A stretch of 64,000 nucleotides of DNA, from NCBI GenBank assembly GCA_037190965.1, contig JBBCKI010000045.1:24960-88959 (forward strand), given 5' to 3'. The position numbers and the translations under genes were made by a program. The notes under the pieces are model-generated. The model had not been told where the DNA came from. It ran no database searches and saw only the letters and a list, made by a program, of their open reading frames with translations. The DNA comes from Chthoniobacteraceae bacterium (GTDB lineage: Bacteria; Verrucomicrobiota; Verrucomicrobiia; Chthoniobacterales; Chthoniobacteraceae). Below are positions 20,449 to 30,332 of this stretch, piece after piece (positions within the stretch are counted from its first letter, which is position 1; each line of letters begins with the position of its first letter).

Positions 20449-20865
20449 ATGTCCGATCTCGTCCGCTTCAGTGTCTCCGTCGAGCGCCCTCTTTTTGAGC
20501 GGCTCGAAACGCTCGTCTCCGAAGGCGAGTACACGAACCGCTCTGAATACGTGCGCGACCTGGTCCGCGAGCGGCTCGTGCAGGAGGAATGGAACTCCGA
20601 CGAAGAGGCGATCGGCACCATCACGCTTGTCTACAACCATCACCTCCGGCAACTCAGCGACCGGCTGGCCAAGGTGCAGCACCATCATCACCGGCAGATC
20701 CTCGCCGTGACGCATGTGCATCTCGATGACGATCTTTGCGTGGAAGCGATTCTCATCAAGGCGAAGGCCCACGAGATCCGCCACATCGCCAACGAACTCC
20801 AACGCGAAAAAGGGGTCTTCCACGCAGGGCTCACCATGAGCACGACCGGCAAACATCTTTCGTAA
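20449..20865 (+). CDS. nikR: Nickel-responsive transcriptional regulator
   Basis: RFSVS ribbon, NRSEYVRDLVR, YNHH and HVHLDDDLC nickel ligands. Confidence 0.95.
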   Translation: MSDLVRFSVSVERPLFERLETLVSEGEYTNRSEYVRDLVRERLVQEEWNSDEEAIGTITLVYNHHLRQLSDRLAKVQHHHHRQILAVTHVHLDDDLCVEAILIKAKAHEIRHIANELQREKGVFHAGLTMSTTGKHLS

Positions 20866-20884
20866 CTCTCGTAACTTTCTCGCC

Positions 20885-21538
20885 GTGCATATTCCCGACG
20901 GATTTCTCAGCTTCGAAGTCAACGCCACTACGGCGGCGATCTCCGCCGCCTGCTGCGCGCTTGCCGTACGGCAGGCCAACCGGACACTCGGGGAACGGCA
21001 GGTGCCGATGCTGGGAGTCGCAGGGGCGTTCATTTTCGCCGCCCAAATGCTCAACTTCCCCATCGCGGGCGGGACGAGCGGACATTTCCTCGGAGCCGTT
21101 CTGGCGGCGGTTCTTCTCGGGCCGCTCAACGCCTGCCTTGTCATGGCGATTGTCCTCGCGATCCAATGCCTGGTGTTTGCCGACGGCGGGTTGACGGCGC
21201 TCGGGAGCAATATTTTCAACATGGGCGTCATCGGAGCGTTTCTCGGCTATCCGGTCTTCACGGGCCTGCGCGCGGTTCTCCCGAAAACACGGGGCGGCTC
21301 GATTACCGCCGCCGCGGTGGCTTCGTGGGCCTCCATCGTTCTTGCCTCCGCCGCCTGCGCCTTGGAGTTGGCTCTTTCCGGTACCGCGCCCCTCCGGCAG
21401 GCCCTCCCGGCCATGACGCTGGTGCATGCAGTCATTGGCATTGGGGAAGCGATCATCACCGCCATGGTCCTCTCCGCAGTCCTGGGAGTACGCCCCGATC
21501 TGCTGGCCTCCCGTCATCAACTAGCCCCCGCACGATGA
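20885..21538 (+). CDS. nikM: ECF-type Ni/Co transporter S component (NikM/CbiM)
   Basis: N-terminal MHIPDGFL, FAAQMLNFP, GTSGH, FADGG. Confidence 0.92.
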   Translation: MHIPDGFLSFEVNATTAAISAACCALAVRQANRTLGERQVPMLGVAGAFIFAAQMLNFPIAGGTSGHFLGAVLAAVLLGPLNACLVMAIVLAIQCLVFADGGLTALGSNIFNMGVIGAFLGYPVFTGLRAVLPKTRGGSITAAAVASWASIVLASAACALELALSGTAPLRQALPAMTLVHAVIGIGEAIITAMVLSAVLGVRPDLLASRHQLAPAR

Positions 21539-21852
21539 ACCGCCTCTTCTTTCTCTCCAGCCTTGCCGTGGCGCTTCTCCTAGCCTGCTTCATTTCGCCC
21601 ATGGCTTCGGAGATGCCCGACGGTCTCGATAAATATGCGGAAGACCACGCCATCGAATCCCGGGAGACTCCGCTTTGGAATCGCGCCCCCATGGCCGACT
21701 ATGCCGCGCCCTTTGCCTCCAATGAACGGCTGAGCACCGGCCTCGCGGGCGGGATCGGGACGCTTCTCACTTTTGGTCTGCTGATCCTTGGCGGCAAAGC
21801 CCTGGCCGCCCGACGACGTATTGAACCCGAGGAGGCGGCATGCAAGCCCTGA
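21535..21852 (+). CDS. PDGLE-domain small membrane subunit (NikN-like)
   Basis: ATGA overlap with nikM; ASEMPDGLD and PMADY motifs; two TM helices. Confidence 0.85.
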   Translation: MNRLFFLSSLAVALLLACFISPMASEMPDGLDKYAEDHAIESRETPLWNRAPMADYAAPFASNERLSTGLAGGIGTLLTFGLLILGGKALAARRRIEPEEAACKP

Positions 21853-22601
21853 TCGCGTCGTTTCCATCGCCCCTCTCCCTCCGCCCCTCGCTTCTCCAGC
21901 AACTCGACGCGCGGGTAAAACTCCTCCTGCTCGTTGCCACGACGGTGGCCATCGTCACCACACCCATTGCCTTCTGGCCCGCGTTCGTCGTCTACGCCTC
22001 GATGCTCGCAGCAGCCGTCCTTATAGGAAGCCTTCCCATAAAAGCGCTGGTGGCGAGACTAGCGATCGTGCTGCCGTTTATTTTAGGGGCGGCGATATTT
22101 CTCCCCTTCCACACTCCGCTCCCCGCTGCCTCGGGAAGCGCACAGGCCGGTTGGATGCTCTTCCTGAATTTTACCGTCAAATCGCTGCTGGGCGCGACGG
22201 CGACGCTGATCCTCACCGCCTCCACCCCCTTCCCTCGATTGTTGGCCGCACTGGAAGGACTGAAAGTTCCGCGCGTCGCGGTCATGATCTTCAGCTTTAC
22301 CTATCGCTACCTCTTCGTTCTCGGAGAGGAAGCGATGAGGATGAAACGGGCCTGCGATTCCCGCTGTTATCGGGGCCGATGGATTAGTGACGCCGTGGTG
22401 ATTGGCCGGATGACGGGAACACTCTTCCTGCGCAGCTATGAACGGGGCGAGCGCGTTTATCTGGCAATGCTTTCGCGCGGATTCGACGGCACGGCGGCCC
22501 CGCCCCAAAACAGAGCCGGCCTGACCGGGAGCGACCTGGCCGCCTTGATCGGCGTCCTCCTTTTACTCGCCGGCACATGGACGGCGGCGCGAATTGGCTA
22601 G
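21840..22601 (+). CDS. nikQ: ECF transporter T component (NikQ/CbiQ)
   Basis: LDARVKL, YRYLFVL, LFLRSYERGERVYLAMLSRGF. Confidence 0.93.
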   Translation: MQALIASFPSPLSLRPSLLQQLDARVKLLLLVATTVAIVTTPIAFWPAFVVYASMLAAAVLIGSLPIKALVARLAIVLPFILGAAIFLPFHTPLPAASGSAQAGWMLFLNFTVKSLLGATATLILTASTPFPRLLAALEGLKVPRVAVMIFSFTYRYLFVLGEEAMRMKRACDSRCYRGRWISDAVVIGRMTGTLFLRSYERGERVYLAMLSRGFDGTAAPPQNRAGLTGSDLAALIGVLLLLAGTWTAARIG

Positions 22602-22603
22602 TC

Positions 22604-23296
22604 ATGTTGACACCCGCCGCCATCGCCATCGACCGGCTTTCGTACCGTTATCCCGACGGAACGCCCGCGCTGGACGAGGTCACCCTGCATATCAATACGG
22701 GTGAACGGGTTGCGTTAATCGGCAACAACGGCGCGGGCAAAAGCACGCTCCTTCTCCATCTCAACGGCATCCTGCAAAGCCCGGCTGTCACCGTGCTCGG
22801 GATGCCTGTGGAAAAGGCAACCCTGCGGGAAATCCGACAGAAGGTGGGCCTCGTGTTCCAGAACCCCGACGACCAGCTTTTCTGCGCCTCGGTGGAAGAA
22901 GACGTGGCGTTCGGCCCCACCAATCTCCGCCTGCCTGCGGAAGAGGTGCGGCGACGCGTGAGCGAAAGCCTGGGCAGTGTCGGGCTGGCCGGGCACGAAC
23001 AACGGAGCGCGTTCCATCTCAGCACCGGCCAGAAAAAGCGCGCCGCCATCGCTACCGTGCTGGCCATGAAGGCGGAAATCCTGGTGCTCGACGAACCGAC
23101 CAGCAACCTCGACCTCCGGGGCCGTCGCGAGCTTTTCGAGGTTCTCAACGCGTTCCCGGGAACACTAGTCATCGCCACGCACGACTTTGAGTGGGCCGCC
23201 CGGCTTTGCCCCCGGATGGCTCTTTTCGATCACGGCACCCTCCTCGCCGACGGCCTCTCCGGAGCCGTCATGGACCAGTTCACCGCGTTGAAATAG
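22604..23296 (+). CDS. nikO: ECF transporter ATPase (NikO/CbiO)
   Basis: GNNGAGKST, FQNPDDQLF, LSTGQKKR, LDEPT. Confidence 0.93.
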   Translation: MLTPAAIAIDRLSYRYPDGTPALDEVTLHINTGERVALIGNNGAGKSTLLLHLNGILQSPAVTVLGMPVEKATLREIRQKVGLVFQNPDDQLFCASVEEDVAFGPTNLRLPAEEVRRRVSESLGSVGLAGHEQRSAFHLSTGQKKRAAIATVLAMKAEILVLDEPTSNLDLRGRRELFEVLNAFPGTLVIATHDFEWAARLCPRMALFDHGTLLADGLSGAVMDQFTALK

Positions 23297-23406
23297 CGCC
23301 CGCTCTCCGGGATCTCCGGAGAGCTTCCCACCCCTTACTACGCCCGTGGTGTGCCTGCATGGCACCGTGCGCCCTCGATCCCACGCTCACACAATCCCAA
23401 CAAACC

Positions 23407-25464
23407 ATGACACATAGAACCCTCGCGATGGTCACCGCCGGCTTCACGGCAACCTCGCTTTTTGCCCAAACCGAACCAATCACCCCTACCCCGCAGCTTG
23501 AAGAGATCGTCGTGCGCGGTCGTGCCGACGACCTGATCGGTGTGGCCGCTTCCGCCTCCGAAGGAAGCGTCGGCCACGCGGAATTGGAAACCCGGCCCCT
23601 CTCGCGGCGCGGCGAATTACTGGAGGTCATTCCCGGCATGGTGGTCACGCAACATTCCGGCGACGGCAAGGCCAACCAATATTTCCTGCGCGGTTACAAC
23701 CTCGATCACGGGAGCGACTTCGCGATTTCCGTCGACGGGCTGCCGGTCAACATGCCTACCCATGGCCACGGCCAGGGATATGCCGACCTCAACTTTCTGA
23801 TCCCCGAACTGGTCGAGCGGGTTGATTTCGAGAAAGGCCCGTTCTACCCGGAGGTGGGCGACTTCTCGGGCGCAGGCGCGGCGCAGTTCCGGTTATTTGA
23901 CGAACTCCCCAGCGGCATCGCCCTCGGCTCGTTCGGCTCCCACGGTTACGGTCGCGTCCTCATTGCGGACTCCCCCAAAGTCGGGCCCGGCACGCTCCTG
24001 TATGCGTTTGAGATTACCCACTACGATGGCCCGTGGGATCACGCGCAGGACGCCAACCGATACAACGCGATGCTCCGCTACCGCTGGGCCAATGGCGATG
24101 ACCAGTTCCGCATCACGGCGATGAGCTACCACGGCGACTGGAACTCCACCGACCAGATCCCAAAACGGCTGGTGGATGACGGGAAGCTCTCGCGCTTCGG
24201 ATCGTTGAACCCCAGCGACGGCGGCGCGTCGGACCGAGACAGCCTGGCTTTCGACTGGGTGCGCGATGACGGCCATACCGCGACCCGCCTCAATCTCTAC
24301 GGGATCTACTACCGGCTCAATCTTTTCTCCGACTTCACCTACTTCCTCGAAGAACCGGACACCGGCGACCAGTTCGAGCAGGTGGACAAACGCTTCATCC
24401 TGGGCGGCACGCTCGACCGGCTCTGGCGCACGGAATGGTTCGGCAGGGAAACGGAAAACATGCTGGGGCTTCAGGCTCGCAACGACATCATCCCGGAGGT
24501 GGGGCTTAACCGCAGCGAGAACCGGCGCGTTATCGGCGAGATGCGAAAGGATCGCGTCAACGAATTCACCATCGGCCTTTTCGCAAAAAACAAGGTTCGC
24601 TGGAATGACTGGTTCCGCACGGAAATGGGCCTGCGCGGCGATCTCTATCATTTCGACGTCGACAGCAGCATCCCGGAGAACTCGGGCGACGACTCCGCCG
24701 CCATCCTGAGCCCCAAGCTGAGCTTCATCTTTGGCCCGTGGAAAAAAACGGAACTCTATGTTAACCTCGGCACGGGCTTTCATAGCAACGACGCCCGCGG
24801 GGTGGTGATCAACGTCGATCCCGCCACGGGCGAGAAGACCGGCAAAGCCTCACCGCTGGTGAGGACGCAAGGCGCAGAAATAGGGGTACGCACGGCGGCG
24901 CTGCCGGGGCTCGTCAGCACGGTTTCGTTCTGGGCGCTGGAAAGCGATTCGGAGCTGGTCTTCACCGGCGATTCCGGGGCCACGGAGGCGGCGGGAGCCA
25001 CCCGCCGTTATGGGATCGAGTGGGCCAATTACTACAAACCGACCTCGTGGCTGACGCTGGACGCCGACCTTGCGCTCACGCACGCCCGATTCACCGACGC
25101 GGGCAGGGAGGGCTCGCGCATTCCCAACTCCATCGCCACCGTCTTCACGGCGGGCGCGACGATCGACACTCCGTGCGGCATCTTCGGAAGCCTGCGGTAT
25201 CGCTACTTCGGCCCGCAGCCGCTGATCGAGGATAACAGCGCCCGTGCGGCTTCGTCCTCGCTAGTCAACGCACGACTGGGCTATCGTTACAAAAACTACG
25301 AACTCGCGCTCGATGTGCTGAATCTGTTCGATCAAAGGGTGAATGACATCACCTACTTCTATTCTTCACGGCTCCGTGGAGAACCGGCAGAAGGGGTCGA
25401 TGACTATCACTCGCACCCGGCCGAACCACGTTCGTTCCGCCTGAGCGCGACGATCCGGTTTTAG
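23407..25464 (+). CDS. TonB-dependent receptor (probable nickel/metal uptake)
   Basis: Signal peptide, EEIVV TonB box, QHSGDGKANQYFLRGYNLDHG plug, terminal Phe; last gene of the nik cluster. Confidence 0.9.
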   Translation: MTHRTLAMVTAGFTATSLFAQTEPITPTPQLEEIVVRGRADDLIGVAASASEGSVGHAELETRPLSRRGELLEVIPGMVVTQHSGDGKANQYFLRGYNLDHGSDFAISVDGLPVNMPTHGHGQGYADLNFLIPELVERVDFEKGPFYPEVGDFSGAGAAQFRLFDELPSGIALGSFGSHGYGRVLIADSPKVGPGTLLYAFEITHYDGPWDHAQDANRYNAMLRYRWANGDDQFRITAMSYHGDWNSTDQIPKRLVDDGKLSRFGSLNPSDGGASDRDSLAFDWVRDDGHTATRLNLYGIYYRLNLFSDFTYFLEEPDTGDQFEQVDKRFILGGTLDRLWRTEWFGRETENMLGLQARNDIIPEVGLNRSENRRVIGEMRKDRVNEFTIGLFAKNKVRWNDWFRTEMGLRGDLYHFDVDSSIPENSGDDSAAILSPKLSFIFGPWKKTELYVNLGTGFHSNDARGVVINVDPATGEKTGKASPLVRTQGAEIGVRTAALPGLVSTVSFWALESDSELVFTGDSGATEAAGATRRYGIEWANYYKPTSWLTLDADLALTHARFTDAGREGSRIPNSIATVFTAGATIDTPCGIFGSLRYRYFGPQPLIEDNSARAASSSLVNARLGYRYKNYELALDVLNLFDQRVNDITYFYSSRLRGEPAEGVDDYHSHPAEPRSFRLSATIRF

Positions 25465-25480
25465 TCAGCGCTTCCCTAAG
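25459..25480 (-). repeat. Solo end of the fold-back MITE-like element
   Basis: - strand CTTAGGGAAGCGCTGACTAAAA resembles the termini at 56807-56965. Confidence 0.55.
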
Positions 25481-26561
25481 CTACGGCACGTTCCGGCTGA
25501 GGAATCGGCCGGGTGCCCTTGGTGCGATAGGCATCCTTCTTTTTCAGGATGGGCGCTTCCACGAAACGGAATGACAATCCCGCGAGTAACATTGAAAGAA
25601 AAACCACGAGAATCGCTTTTGGAACGGTCGAATTGCGATGGGCGTCCAATGCAAAAACTATCGGCAAATGGTAAAGGTAGATACCGTAGGACCTCTTCCC
25701 GATCCAGCGTACCCCCGGCGATTCCATAAACCACATCATAAACCCAGGCTTGGCTTCCGTAGTAACACACAAAATGAAAGCAGCGATTATGATCGAAACC
25801 AATGTAAATCCTGCATGGGAAAAGGGCCACCAGGCGCTATGAGGATAGAAAATAATGATCAGCAAGAAGCCTAACAAAATTTCGGGAACTCGAAGCGCGC
25901 CGAGACGAGAAAGAATGCTTCTTACTCTTGTTGTCACAGGAATCATTGCGGCAAAGACCCCCATAAGAAGACCATCCAGGCGCGCAAGCGCAAAATCCGA
26001 GGGAACCGAATCAAATTTCTTCATGGCAAGCCATGCTCGGAGAAGCATGGAAAGAAAAATCAATAGAGGCAAACTTCGCAAGAGCTGGGCGCGGCTGTTT
26101 GAACGGAGTATCGAAATGAGAAGCACCGGCCAGATTATGTAAAACTGCTCCTCGACTGATAGCGACCAGGTATGCCCCAGAGCGCCGATGTCGTTCTTGA
26201 AGAAATTGGCTACCTGGGACAAGACCACTGCGGACGCTTTCCATCAGTTAAAATTCGGAGGAACCGCATAAAAGGGCCGAAGCAGCCCATCAAGGAGAAG
26301 CAGAATGAGCACAGGCGGCAAAATGCGGAAAGCTCGGCGGATATAGAAGTATTTAAGCGAAATCTGACCGGTTTCGGCATGTTCCTGCAGCAATAAGCGC
26401 GTAATCAAAAACCCGCTGAGGACAAAGAAGACATCTACACCAAAAATGCAGCGCGGGACTATCTCCAGACAATGCCCGACAACCACAAACAGCGCAGCCA
26501 AAGCCCGCACTCCATCGAGCCCTTGAAGGTAGTTTTTTTTGTAAAATGCATCCGCAGCCAT
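25476..26561 (-). pseudogene. Acyltransferase-3 (OafA/OatA-like) O-acyltransferase interrupted by an in-frame TGA at 26244-26246
   Basis: ORFs 26244-26561 and 25476-26228 share a frame; LDGVRALA, GVDVFFVLSGFLIT, FYIRRAFRILP lie before the stop, HTWSLSVEEQFY and SYGIYLYH after it. Confidence 0.85.
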
Positions 26562-26703
26562 GTCCGTCTATTCCTATTAAACCTATTACTTTGCGGATTC
26601 ATTTCATGAAGTCGACTGGATGACGAACCTAAAAATGGCGAAAATAAAGACTCGAAATTCAGAAAGCCGAGCGCGGTTCAATTCCTGTAGTTCCCTTACA
26701 CGG

Positions 26704-26796
26704 AACAGCCAGTCTTACGCGATTGGCGTCAGACGCGCCTCCTCGTCATCTCCCGCGTTCTCGGCTAGAGCGGGCTACCCGGCCTGTCCTTCAAAC
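26704..26796. repeat. Diverged copy 3 of the ~134 bp REP-containing repeat
   Basis: Core CCCGCGTTCTCGGCTAGAGCGGGCTACC at 26752-26779; the tail TCCTTCAAAC and upstream AACAGCC..ACGCG match copies 1 and 2. Confidence 0.7.
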
Positions 26797-27027
26797 AACG
26801 GTATGTAGTGACTCCCAATTCCCCAGAGCAACCTCAAGCTGCCCGCAATCATGCCGCAGTAATTCACCCACCCTGGAGCCGCGGTCGAGTTCCGTGGCCC
26901 AGCCCCGGTGGCGATATTGTTACCATCCCAATGGCCTACGAAGGTCCCCGGCGGTCGTGGTTTGAAAGGGAAAGGCTGTCACTCCGAACTTGAATTGCCG
27001 CGCTCGCCGGGTAGTTTCGGCGTTCCT

Positions 27028-28293
27028 ATGCAACTTTTGCCCGGTTTTCGGGACTTTTACCCCGAAGAGTGCGCACGCCGTAATTACATCCTTACGGCGT
27101 GGCGCGAGGTCGCGCGCCGTTATGGTTTCGTGGAATACGACGGGCCAATGCTCGAAACCGTGGAGCTTTACAAGAAGAAGAGCGGCGGCGAACTCGTCGG
27201 TCAGCTCTTCGATTTCGTGGACAAGGGAGAGCGGCACGTCACCCTCCGCCCGGAGATGACCCCCACCCTCGCCCGCATGGTGCTGGCCCGGGAGCGCGAT
27301 TACAAGAAGCCGCTCAAGTGGTTCTGCGCGCCGCAGTTTTTCCGTTACGAGAAGCAACAGCGCGGCCGGTTGCGCGAGTTCGGCCAATTCAACGCCGACA
27401 TTCTCGGCGAAGCCTCCGTGGCGGCTGATGCCGAGTTGATCGCCCTCGCCATCGACCTGTTGCGCGAGTTCGGGTTTACAGAAAAGGAGTTCGTTGTCCG
27501 CGTGAGCGACCGCGACGCCTGGCTCGCCTTCCTGCGGGCCAAGGGGGTCGATGAAAGCCGCGCTCCGGAGTTCCTCCCGATCATCGACAAGATCGAGCGC
27601 GACACGCCGGAAGTCCTTGCCACGAAGCTTGCCCCCTTCGGCCTGACGCTGGAGGAAGTTCGCGCCTTCATTGCCAACCCCGGCGAGCATTTTGAGAAGT
27701 TCAAGACCCTCGCCGCCGAACTCGACGCGCGCGGGCTCAACGGCTTCTACCAGCTCGACCCGACCATCGTGCGCGGCCTCGCCTACTACACGGGCGTCGT
27801 CTTCGAAGTCTTTGACCGGAGCAAATCGCTACGCGCCCTTGCGGGTGGCGGGCGGTATGACAACCTGATGCGCGACATGAGCGACGGCAAGACCTCCCTC
27901 CCGGCCATCGGTTTCGGGATGGGCGACGTCGTCTTGGGCGAACTCATCAACGCCACGCCGCACGCCCTGGAGAAACTCAAGGCGTGGATCGGGCACATTC
28001 ACGCGGCGGATGCCTACGTAATCGTCGCCAATGAAACCCGCCGCCCGGAAGCCCTTGGGCTTGTCCAGCAGCTTCGCGGCAGCGGGTTGCGCGTCGATTT
28101 CCCGCTTTCGCCAGCGAAGGTCGGCAAACAATTTCAGGCCGCCGAAGCCCTTGGAGCCCGCTACGGCGTGCTCGTCGGCGACGAATGGCCGCTCGTAAAA
28201 CTCAAAACCCTCGCCACGCGCGAAGAAATCGCCCTTTCGCCGGAAGAGCTTGTCTCCCGACTGGTCCCAGCCCTTAAATCTTCACTCGACTAA
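27028..28293 (+). CDS. hisS: Histidine--tRNA ligase
   Basis: PGFRDF, LRPEMTP, FRYEKQQRGRLREFGQ, RGLAYYTG, GGGRYD. Confidence 0.96.
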   Translation: MQLLPGFRDFYPEECARRNYILTAWREVARRYGFVEYDGPMLETVELYKKKSGGELVGQLFDFVDKGERHVTLRPEMTPTLARMVLARERDYKKPLKWFCAPQFFRYEKQQRGRLREFGQFNADILGEASVAADAELIALAIDLLREFGFTEKEFVVRVSDRDAWLAFLRAKGVDESRAPEFLPIIDKIERDTPEVLATKLAPFGLTLEEVRAFIANPGEHFEKFKTLAAELDARGLNGFYQLDPTIVRGLAYYTGVVFEVFDRSKSLRALAGGGRYDNLMRDMSDGKTSLPAIGFGMGDVVLGELINATPHALEKLKAWIGHIHAADAYVIVANETRRPEALGLVQQLRGSGLRVDFPLSPAKVGKQFQAAEALGARYGVLVGDEWPLVKLKTLATREEIALSPEELVSRLVPALKSSLD

Positions 28294-28301
28294 CCCAAGC
28301 C

Positions 28302-30080
28302 ATGTACCGCACCCACCTTTGCAACGCCCTTCGTAAAGAGCATATCGGCCAAACCGTCACCCTCTCCGGCTGGGTTAATTCGCGCCGCGACCACGGCGGC
28401 GTCATCTTTATCGACTTGCGCGACCGCGAAGGGATCACCCAGGTGGTCTTCCGCCCCGAGGAACACCCGCAGGTTTCCGAGCTTTCCCACGGCCTGCGTG
28501 GTGAAGACGTGATCCGCGTCACTGGCATCGTTTCCGCCCGGCTCACCGGCACGGAAAACGCCAAGCTCGCCACGGGCGACATCGAGATCGTCGCCACGGC
28601 ACTCGACGTGCTCAACAAGGCCGATGTGCCTCCTTTCCCGCTCGACTCCAAGGTCGCCAACGAAGATCTCCGGCTCACCTACCGCTACCTCGACCTACGC
28701 CGCACGGAGATGGCCAACAATCTCAAACTGCGTCACCGGGTCGTCAAAGCCACGCGGGACTACCTCGACGAACGCGGTTATCTGGAAATCGAAACGCCGA
28801 TTCTCTCCAACCCGACACCGGAAGGCGCGCGCGACTTCCTCGTCCCATCGCGCCTGACCCCCGGCAGCTTCTATGCGCTGCCCCAGGCCCCGCAGCAGTA
28901 CAAACAGCTCCTTCAGGTGGCCGGGCTTGAGAAATACTTCCAGGTGGCCCGCTGCTTCCGCGATGAAGACCTGCGCGCGGACCGCCAGCCGGAGTTCACG
29001 CAGATCGACGTGGAAGCCTCGTTCATTACCGATGTCGAGATCCAGACGCTGATCGAAGGGCTTCTCGCCCGCATCTTCAAGGAGTCCCGCGGCATCGACA
29101 TCCCGACGCCCTTCCGCCGGATGCCTTATCAGGAAGCAATGGACAAGTACGGCTCCGACAAGCCCGATCTCCGCTTCGGCATCGAGCTGGTGGAACTGAG
29201 CGACATCTTCGGCGAATCCCAGTTCAAGGTATTCCGGTCCGTTCTCGACAACGGCGGCGTCATCAAGGCGATCAACGCCAAGGGCGCGGCCAACGCGTTT
29301 TCCAAGGAACAGCTCAAGAAATGGGAGGAATGGGTCAAGGTGGAGTTCGGCGCGAAGGGTCTTGCTTACATCCGCCTCAAGGACGGCGTGTGGGAATCGC
29401 CCATCGTCAAATTCTTCAGCGAAACCGAGAAAGCCGCGCTCGCCGAGCGGATGGGCTTTGAAGAGGGCGACGTTCTCTTCTTCGGCGCGGAGAAATGGGA
29501 ACCCGTCGTCACCGTTCTCGGCCGCGTGCGACTGCGCGTCGCGGAACTCCTCAAACTGGTGGAAAACAGCGATGAACTCAACTTCCTCTGGGTGGTCGAC
29601 TTCCCGCTCCTCGCCTGGGCGCCCGAAGACAATAAATGGGTGGCCGTGCATCACCCCTTCACCCGCCCGAAGGCGGAAGATGTCGCGCTCATGGAAGCGG
29701 GCGGCGATCTCTCCAAGGTGCGCGCCGTCGCCTATGACGTGGTGCTCAACGGCGTGGAACTCGGCGGCGGCTCCATCCGGATTCACGAGCGCGATTTGCA
29801 GGCCAAGATGTTCGAAATCCTGGGCGTCAACGCCGAGGAACAGCAGCACAAGTTTGGCCACCTCCTGCGGGCCTTCAGCTTCGGGGCGCCTCCCCACGGC
29901 GGCATCGCGCTCGGCCTCGACCGTCTGGTGATGCTCCTGGCCGGGGCGGAATCGATCCGCGAAGTCATCGCGTTCCCCAAGAACAACCGGGGCACCGACC
30001 TGATGACGCAGTCGCCCGTGGAGGTCGATTTCAAGCAGCTCCGCGAGCTTTACATCCAAAGCACCGCGAAGAAGGGGTAA
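28302..30080 (+). CDS. aspS: Aspartate--tRNA ligase (probably non-discriminating)
   Basis: YRTH, RRDHGG, TPEGARDF, FRDEDLRADRQPEFTQ, PPHGGIALGLDR. Confidence 0.97.
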   Translation: MYRTHLCNALRKEHIGQTVTLSGWVNSRRDHGGVIFIDLRDREGITQVVFRPEEHPQVSELSHGLRGEDVIRVTGIVSARLTGTENAKLATGDIEIVATALDVLNKADVPPFPLDSKVANEDLRLTYRYLDLRRTEMANNLKLRHRVVKATRDYLDERGYLEIETPILSNPTPEGARDFLVPSRLTPGSFYALPQAPQQYKQLLQVAGLEKYFQVARCFRDEDLRADRQPEFTQIDVEASFITDVEIQTLIEGLLARIFKESRGIDIPTPFRRMPYQEAMDKYGSDKPDLRFGIELVELSDIFGESQFKVFRSVLDNGGVIKAINAKGAANAFSKEQLKKWEEWVKVEFGAKGLAYIRLKDGVWESPIVKFFSETEKAALAERMGFEEGDVLFFGAEKWEPVVTVLGRVRLRVAELLKLVENSDELNFLWVVDFPLLAWAPEDNKWVAVHHPFTRPKAEDVALMEAGGDLSKVRAVAYDVVLNGVELGGGSIRIHERDLQAKMFEILGVNAEEQQHKFGHLLRAFSFGAPPHGGIALGLDRLVMLLAGAESIREVIAFPKNNRGTDLMTQSPVEVDFKQLRELYIQSTAKKG

Positions 30081-30141
30081 GCCGGATTGATGAGAATGGC
30101 GCGGCAGCACCGTAGCACGCCCGCGCCGTCGATCGAGGGTA

Positions 30142-30274
30142 TCGGCTCTCGTGGTTTCATGAGGGCCGCATCCTAATACCAGGAGCCCGTCCTGCGGGGA
30201 TGGGCGCGAAACGCGGCTCCAGGTCCGCTCCCGCGCTCTCGGCGAGAGCGGTCTACCTGGCCGCTCCTCCAAAC
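30142..30274. repeat. ~134 bp dispersed repeat, copy 2 (REP core 30230-30257)
   Basis: Aligns to 1716-1849. Confidence 0.9.
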
Positions 30275-30332
30275 AACCCGGAGTCACCGTTCCGCTCGCC
30301 AAATCGGCGGATCGCGCTATAATCGCCCCCGC

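Noticed and set aside
18204..20624. 806-aa antisense ORF, and similar ones at 287-1648, 7821-9302, 36691-38319, 60443-61975 and 61327-63987
   Set aside because: Each overlaps well-supported genes on the opposite strand or in another frame.
26244..26246. Selenocysteine or alternative genetic code explanation for the in-frame TGA
   Set aside because: Many genes here end in TGA, I see no SECIS-like hairpin after it, and this family is not known to use Sec.
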